A stretch of DNA of 32,000 nt, from positions 111,072-143,071 of the forward strand of contig JAFGBS010000027.1 in assembly GCA_016933055.1 (NCBI GenBank). Direction: 5' to 3'. Source of the DNA: Promethearchaeota archaeon (GTDB lineage Archaea > Asgardarchaeota > Lokiarchaeia > Sigyniarchaeales > Promethearchaeaceae). Under the pieces are notes generated by a model, which saw only the letters and a program-made list of their open reading frames with translations, was not told where the DNA came from and ran no database searches. This document shows, one piece after another, positions 26,957 through 32,000 of the stretch. A program made the translations under genes and the position numbers. The first letter of the stretch is position 1; each line of letters opens with the position of its first letter.

Positions 26957-28101
26957 TCCCGCACAATAAAATCTTCCAGTTTATCTTTCGCTTTTTCCCT
27001 TTCTTTTTGGTGGTGGATCAGAAATTTCGTAACTTTTTCAATCAATATCGCTTTTAATTCCCCAGTCAATAAATCTCCATTTCGATAAGCAAGTTCAATT
27101 TCATCTAATTTTTTATCTATCGGTTCAAATAAAATTTTCAACCACTGAAAGGAGACATCTATATCGGGATTCCCTCCCAATTTTCGATGCGTTTCGATAT
27201 CGGGCTGACCCCCACTGAATGCATGTTTGTTAATTTTATTTTTTACTTGTTTAGGAGTGTCTGTTACATAAATCGTAGAATTGGGATTAGAAGCGCTCAT
27301 CTTACCGGCAGGTCCTAAAAGACTAGGTATAAACTTATTCTGTATAGAAGCTGGTTTATAATACCCCAATTTTGGCAATACATCTCTGCATACTCGGAAG
27401 TGAGGATCTTGATCCACCCCATGAGGAATTAAACAAGGGATGTTCTTTCCTTGTTGGACTGATTTCAAAATAGCGGGGGCTGCTTGAATAGAAGTATAAA
27501 AGATTTGACCAATATTAGCGGAATTTTCAAATCCAAAGGATGCCTTAACGGTTGAAAATGTGATCTTTTTCGCAATCGGTAATGCAATATTATAAAGGGT
27601 TTTAGCGTTTTCGGTATCGATAATTATCTGAGTTTTTTTCGGATCAAAACCTAAAGCAATTACATCTAAAGCATTATCATACGCGAGTTCTTTAGTTTCC
27701 TCCATGGATAAATCTTCTTTAAACAAAAATTTTTCATCATCCGTCATTTGAAAAATAAATTCCGCTCCGAATTTGTCTTGTAACCATTTAGTAAAAATCC
27801 ATGGTACAAGATGTCCGATGTGCGTCTTTTCAGAAGGTCCTCTGCCAGTATACAGATAAAACGGATTTCCTTTTTCATATTCATCTAATAACCAGTTTAA
27901 GTCACGATGAGTAAAGAAAAGATCTCTGCGTAACATGAAATGCAGCCTTCCTGTATGCTTTTGAATACGTTTTAACAACTCGGGTGTAATAGGTTCAGTC
28001 CCAAATCTCTCTATGAGCTTGTCATAGTCTACAACTCCTTCTACATCCCAAGGAGTAACAATAAAATCTTCATCCGCCACAATCGTGCACCTGTTTGTCA
28101 T
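26953..28101 (-). CDS. trpS: Tryptophanyl-tRNA synthetase (archaeal/eukaryotic type)
   Basis: YLYTGRGPS, HIGH, FQMTDDEK, DQDPHFR and KMSAS motifs. Its stop overlaps the EF-2 paralog stop within a shared TTAA (26953-26956). Confidence 0.96.
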   Translation of the reverse strand: MTNRCTIVADEDFIVTPWDVEGVVDYDKLIERFGTEPITPELLKRIQKHTGRLHFMLRRDLFFTHRDLNWLLDEYEKGNPFYLYTGRGPSEKTHIGHLVPWIFTKWLQDKFGAEFIFQMTDDEKFLFKEDLSMEETKELAYDNALDVIALGFDPKKTQIIIDTENAKTLYNIALPIAKKITFSTVKASFGFENSANIGQIFYTSIQAAPAILKSVQQGKNIPCLIPHGVDQDPHFRVCRDVLPKLGYYKPASIQNKFIPSLLGPAGKMSASNPNSTIYVTDTPKQVKNKINKHAFSGGQPDIETHRKLGGNPDIDVSFQWLKILFEPIDKKLDEIELAYRNGDLLTGELKAILIEKVTKFLIHHQKEREKAKDKLEDFIVRD

Positions 28102-28351
28102 GAATTTTACAATGGAAAAGCTTCAATAGAATCCAATTAAAATCTATAAATCAAAGTTAAAAAAATTAGGGAAAAGTCTCTCTGACGAATGATTTTTTTA
28201 TATAACTTCCTTCAAACTACGTGAATTCCGTACACAATGGGCTATAAGTGACACTGTGGATTTTATAATTGAAATCACGTGCAGCTTTTGCACGAAGTCT
28301 TAGAAAAACACAAGTTATTACAATTGAACCATTTTCAAGATAGAAAATCAA

Positions 28352-29089
28352 TTATGTAAATACTTTTTGAATCATTTCGTTTGCTTTTTCTATCTGTGGA
28401 GGGCCGTCATACATTTTAATTCCACGAATCATGACCAAACGATTGCAAACAGGTATCAGCATTTCCAAATTGTGCTGAATGACAATAAGAGTGATTTCAT
28501 ATTTCTCATTCAGCGTTTTAAGAAGCGAGAGAAGGTCTCTTACCATAGTAAAATCCAAAGCAGAGGTAGGTTCATCTAAGAGCAATATATCAGGATTCCG
28601 AACTAACGCCTGGGCGATAAGTACTTTTTGTTGTTCTCCCCCCGAAAGATGTCCAATGGGTCTATTTTTAAATCGTTCCATTTTGACTTTGTGTAATGCA
28701 AGGATGACTGGATCACCAACTATTAAGCTTCCATTTCCTACATTAACATTATTCGCACCGTATCGATACAAACCCATCTCAACAACGTCATACACTGTAG
28801 CAGGGAATTCACGTTGAACGGGGTGCATCTGGGGGACATAACCGATCTCTTTATAAGTTTTAGAAGTCACTGGTTTCCCGTTTACCAAAATAGTCCCTGA
28901 TTTTGCTTTATAAATTCCAAGGATGGTTTTTAGTAAAGTTGTTTTTCCGGATCCATTTTTTCCAATCAGTCCTAAATAGTCCCCATTATTTACAATTAAA
29001 TCAATATCTTTCAGAACAACATTATGTCCTAGCATTACGGTTACTTTTTCCATTTCAATTACTGGGTTGGGGAAGAATTCTTTATTCAT
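28352..29089 (-). CDS. znuC: Zn/Mn ABC transporter ATP-binding subunit (ZnuC-like)
   Basis: Walker A GKNGSGKTT, GYVPQ, LSGGEQQ, LLLDEPT and QH switch. Start moved to ATG 29089 (MNKEFF), which has GGAGGT 7 nt upstream; the ORF-track start lies inside the permease gene. Confidence 0.88.
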   Translation of the reverse strand: MNKEFFPNPVIEMEKVTVMLGHNVVLKDIDLIVNNGDYLGLIGKNGSGKTTLLKTILGIYKAKSGTILVNGKPVTSKTYKEIGYVPQMHPVQREFPATVYDVVEMGLYRYGANNVNVGNGSLIVGDPVILALHKVKMERFKNRPIGHLSGGEQQKVLIAQALVRNPDILLLDEPTSALDFTMVRDLLSLLKTLNEKYEITLIVIQHNLEMLIPVCNRLVMIRGIKMYDGPPQIEKANEMIQKVFT

Positions 29090-30119
29090 GATGGTGACCT
29101 CCATGTTGGGAGTGATCGTGAACATGATGATGTTCATCAACATGCTCATGATCTTGGGTGGCTGTTTCTGGCGATTCTTCTGTATCTTCCATTTCACAAT
29201 ACATACAATATGAATCCCCAATAGCTTCCTCACACACATTGCATAAATGTGAATCAATTTCGGGAATTGAATGTTTTCTTCTTTTGGGGGAAAAAGCCAT
29301 CGAAAAGATAAACACAATTGTAAGCAACACAACGATGGTAGCTGAAGCGGAAATTTCTAACACATAGGAAATTGGAAAAGCTGCAATTGCACAGAAAAAC
29401 GAAATAATAACAGAATAAACCACCATTTTCTTGATGTCATAAGTATATTGATATGCAGCTGCTGCAGGAGTTACGACAAATGCCATGATAAGAATGATTC
29501 CAACCACTCGAATTCCCATAATCACTGTTAATGCTACAATAACTAGGAAAATGTAGGAGATTAAACGAGTAGGGATCCCGTTTGCTTGAGCTAATTCTTC
29601 ATCAAAAGTGCTAAAGTATAACCATTTACCCATGATCACCATTGTTATCACAATTACGATTGCAAATCCAAGAGTTAATAGCAATTCCTCAAGATTTACT
29701 GATGATAGACTTCCAAACAACAGAGAACTAACGCTAACATTATAATTATTATATAAACTGATGAATATGATACCCAAAGCCATCGTTAAAGCAAATAATA
29801 TACCGATAGAAGTTTCATTGGATAGTTTCGTTTTTTCTCGGATGTATCCTATACCTAAAGCGGTTATGAGGGCAAATATAGAAACGGGATATAAGATATT
29901 GATGCCTAATAAGAGACCGAGTGCTCCTCCAGCAAATGCAGAATGTGCAATTCCGTTTCCAAAAAAAATTAAACCACGTAATACCATAAATACTCCGACA
30001 ATACTGCAAACTACACCAATAATAATTGCTGCAAATATCGGACGAACTAAAATATTATTACTAAATGGACGGCGAAATAGAGCAGTAAAGAAGTTAAGTA
30101 ATTTATCCCATAGGCTCAT
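29082..30119 (-). CDS. znuB: Zn/Mn ABC transporter permease (ZnuB-like) with Cys4/His-rich C-terminal tail
   Basis: GNGIAHSAFAG, SLLFGS, FDEELAQANG and VVGIILI...TPAAAA motifs of the ABC-3 family. Confidence 0.9.
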   Translation of the reverse strand: MSLWDKLLNFFTALFRRPFSNNILVRPIFAAIIIGVVCSIVGVFMVLRGLIFFGNGIAHSAFAGGALGLLLGINILYPVSIFALITALGIGYIREKTKLSNETSIGILFALTMALGIIFISLYNNYNVSVSSLLFGSLSSVNLEELLLTLGFAIVIVITMVIMGKWLYFSTFDEELAQANGIPTRLISYIFLVIVALTVIMGIRVVGIILIMAFVVTPAAAAYQYTYDIKKMVVYSVIISFFCAIAAFPISYVLEISASATIVVLLTIVFIFSMAFSPKRRKHSIPEIDSHLCNVCEEAIGDSYCMYCEMEDTEESPETATQDHEHVDEHHHVHDHSQHGGHHHE

Positions 30120-30619
30120 TATTTGATTCCTCCTTCTTCGTCTTCACGATGCTCATGACATTCTGGATACATGATAACCAAACCCGAACAGTGATTACGA
30201 TGATATTTTTCGCAAATTAACTTTGCAAGTTTACAGGACATATTTGGGGCAAGTCGGAGAGCTTCGTCATATGATTCTTTTTTTGTCAAATCCAATGTAT
30301 TTAGAAGAAAATCTTGGACTAAATGAATATGATTTTGGAGGTGTATGATTGAATTGTTTTGTTCCATTTTCAACTGCACCGTTTTATACTTTTTCCACAT
30401 AATTTGATTCTTTTCTACCATTCGAGCTAATGCACTATTTATAGTTTGGGGAGGAATTGCTAATCGTTCAGCAAAATCACTTGGACGAATCCTTACGTTA
30501 CTAATAATTTGTCTAAATTCCTCATCAGTTGAAGGATTATGACTAACAATTTCCTTTAAAAATTCCATCAAAATTTTAAACTCTACCGTGTGAGTTTCTT
30601 GAAGGTTTGGATCAAACAT
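30119..30619 (-). CDS. DtxR/MntR-family-like winged-helix regulator with degenerate metal sites
   Basis: HTH RPSDFAERLAIPPQTINSALARM, wing KYKTVQL, and dimerisation region DFLLNTLDL...DEALRLAPNMS aligning to DtxR [11 protein letters not shown]. First gene of the ABC operon. Confidence 0.72.
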   Translation of the reverse strand: MFDPNLQETHTVEFKILMEFLKEIVSHNPSTDEEFRQIISNVRIRPSDFAERLAIPPQTINSALARMVEKNQIMWKKYKTVQLKMEQNNSIIHLQNHIHLVQDFLLNTLDLTKKESYDEALRLAPNMSCKLAKLICEKYHRNHCSGLVIMYPECHEHREDEEGGIK

Positions 30620-30768
30620 AGGTTAAGTCATAATCATATGATTCTAATTAAAGTTTTGCGGTTATGTATTATCGTAAAGCTTTATAAAATCTAATAAAAG
30701 GTTTCTTACGAACTAACGATTAATCGTAAAGAACAAGCTTTATATTTAGATATAAAATAGGTAAAACT
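30620..30768. promoter_or_regulatory. Divergent promoter region with several palindromes (candidate operators)
   Basis: AATCATATGATT (30632-30643), TAAAGCTTTA (30675-30684), ACGATTAATCGT (30716-30727) and TTACGA-N12-TCGTAA (30706-30729). Confidence 0.45.
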
Positions 30769-31821
30769 ATGAAATCACGAAAAATGTATGTTGGACTCTT
30801 TTTATTTTTGATTTTTTTCTTATCATTAGGATTTTCCGTTAATGCAGATTTTCCTTCTAGTTCCCAGTCTTCTCTCAACATTATGACTACTATTGCCATT
30901 CCCTATGATATTGTCAAAAGTATCTCGGGATCAGGAGCAACTATTGAAAGTATAGTCGATTCTACAACTGATATTCATAGTTTTGATGGTCCTACACCAA
31001 ATCAATTGGATAAAATGGTTAATGTAGCAGATGTGATATTCACTCTGGGAATCCGAGATGCCGAACCCTGGTTGCAACCAATAATCGACGATAATCCAAG
31101 CTTAACGAGTAAAATTGTAAATCTCACAAATATCTTTGTTGATGGAATTGCTGATCCTCTACTCGAAAATGAAATTAATGAGCATATTTGGATGGATCCG
31201 AATATCGTGAAAAAGATGGCAACCATTACGACTGCAACTTTAGTTTCGTTGGATCCTGCTAATAGCGATACATTTGAATCCGCAAATGCTACGTATCAAG
31301 CGAAATTAGATGCACTTCTCATGCATATAGAGGGAAATAAAACTGCCTATTTTAACGGAATGAAAGTTGTTGTGAATCATCCTTCCTTTCTCTATCTATT
31401 CGAATTACTAGGAATACAGCGTTTAGGCGTCATTGAAACCCATGAGCATGGTTCGGAACCTGATCCACAACATATCGATGAACTGGTTCAAATGATAAAT
31501 AATGAAAGTGGAAATGTTACAATCGTAACTAATCCCCAACACTCCAGTGAGAACGCAATTGAAATTGCCCAAGCAACTGACTCAAAAATCTCAATTATGT
31601 CCCCCATTCCGGGTATCTTCAAAAATCAAGGTGGTAAATTAGAATTTGATTTTGAAGTATTGGATTATATTTCTATGATTGAATATTGCATGTATGCCTT
31701 GCGAAACCCCGTGGACTCTCCTAAAACCATTCCTGGTTATAGATTAATTGCACTTGGAATGTCAATAGTAATCGGTACTGGAGTTAGTCTCATATTAGTT
31801 GGGAAAAGAGTACAAAAGTAA
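30769..31821 (+). CDS. znuA: Zn/Mn ABC transporter substrate-binding protein (ZnuA/TroA family) with Loki-CTERM-like anchor
   Basis: N-terminal signal/TM segment; ligand motifs DIHSF, NEHIWMDP and VVNHPSF (third ligand His, Zn-type); C-terminal IPGY, TM helix and basic tail. Confidence 0.88.
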   Translation: MKSRKMYVGLFLFLIFFLSLGFSVNADFPSSSQSSLNIMTTIAIPYDIVKSISGSGATIESIVDSTTDIHSFDGPTPNQLDKMVNVADVIFTLGIRDAEPWLQPIIDDNPSLTSKIVNLTNIFVDGIADPLLENEINEHIWMDPNIVKKMATITTATLVSLDPANSDTFESANATYQAKLDALLMHIEGNKTAYFNGMKVVVNHPSFLYLFELLGIQRLGVIETHEHGSEPDPQHIDELVQMINNESGNVTIVTNPQHSSENAIEIAQATDSKISIMSPIPGIFKNQGGKLEFDFEVLDYISMIEYCMYALRNPVDSPKTIPGYRLIALGMSIVIGTGVSLILVGKRVQK

Positions 31822-32000
31822 TACTTGCTATTTTTTTCTTCTAATTGAATCATTGCAAGTTATATACATAAAAAGAAAAAAAGTAATTAATCTTTTTTTA
31901 TCGAAGCTAATCAGTAAAAATTTCCCCTTTTTTCCCGTAGTACTGTGCGGTCTTCTCCCTTCTCCCCTAGAATCCATCCATAATACGATTTTCCCATGCA

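Noticed and set aside
28278-28294. Small hairpin CGTGCA-GCTTT-TGCACG between trpS and znuC
   Set aside because: Only 6 bp, with no T-tract or tRNA/T-box features; function cannot be supported.
539-31226. Many short or opposite-strand ORFs in the track (e.g. 1562-2155, 4195-4656, 6158-6595, 15131-15553, 20169-20501, 21933-22388, 28479-28817, 29761-30126)
   Set aside because: They lie antisense to or nested within well-supported genes, have no motifs, and look like shadow ORFs.
31822-32000. Possible 3' end of a minus-strand gene entering from beyond the window
   Set aside because: All three reverse frames give short open stretches, and the true frame cannot be determined from the window.
1-32000. 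tRNA, rRNA, CRISPR arrays, transposases/IS ends, inteins, selenoprotein UGA readthrough
   Set aside because: By-eye inspection found no cloverleaf or T-loop in intergenic context, no regularly spaced repeats, no transposase or intein motifs, and no interrupted conserved ORFs.

Overview
This is a 32 kb, low-GC (about one third by eye), gene-dense archaeal chromosomal window, most likely from an Asgard archaeon of the Lokiarchaeia/Promethearchaeota. The assignment is inferred from a gelsolin-like domain protein, two longin-like proteins, a divergent EF-2 paralog, eS25 and an IPGY-led C-terminal anchor of the Loki-CTERM type. Recognisable housekeeping genes are AMP phosphorylase, ATP-dependent DNA ligase, a GH35 glycosidase, uS10, eS25, SerA plus a class V aminotransferase, TrpRS, a thioredoxin-CcdA fusion and a Zn-type ABC importer. 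The most striking item is a tandem pair of methyltransferases that both resemble eukaryotic Bud23/WBSCR22 (18S rRNA m7G methyltransferase). They retain partly complementary motifs and lie directly upstream of the small-subunit head protein genes uS10 and eS25. Downstream are a GC-enriched structured non-coding segment with alternative pairings and a BpsA-like polyamine synthase. Also notable are a DtxR-like regulator lacking all the canonical metal ligands compared, a ZnuB permease with a Cys4/His-rich tail, and an EF-2 paralog without the diphthamide motif. I found no tRNA, rRNA, CRISPR array or transposase. All family assignments come from motif recognition against remembered reference sequences, not from database searches.
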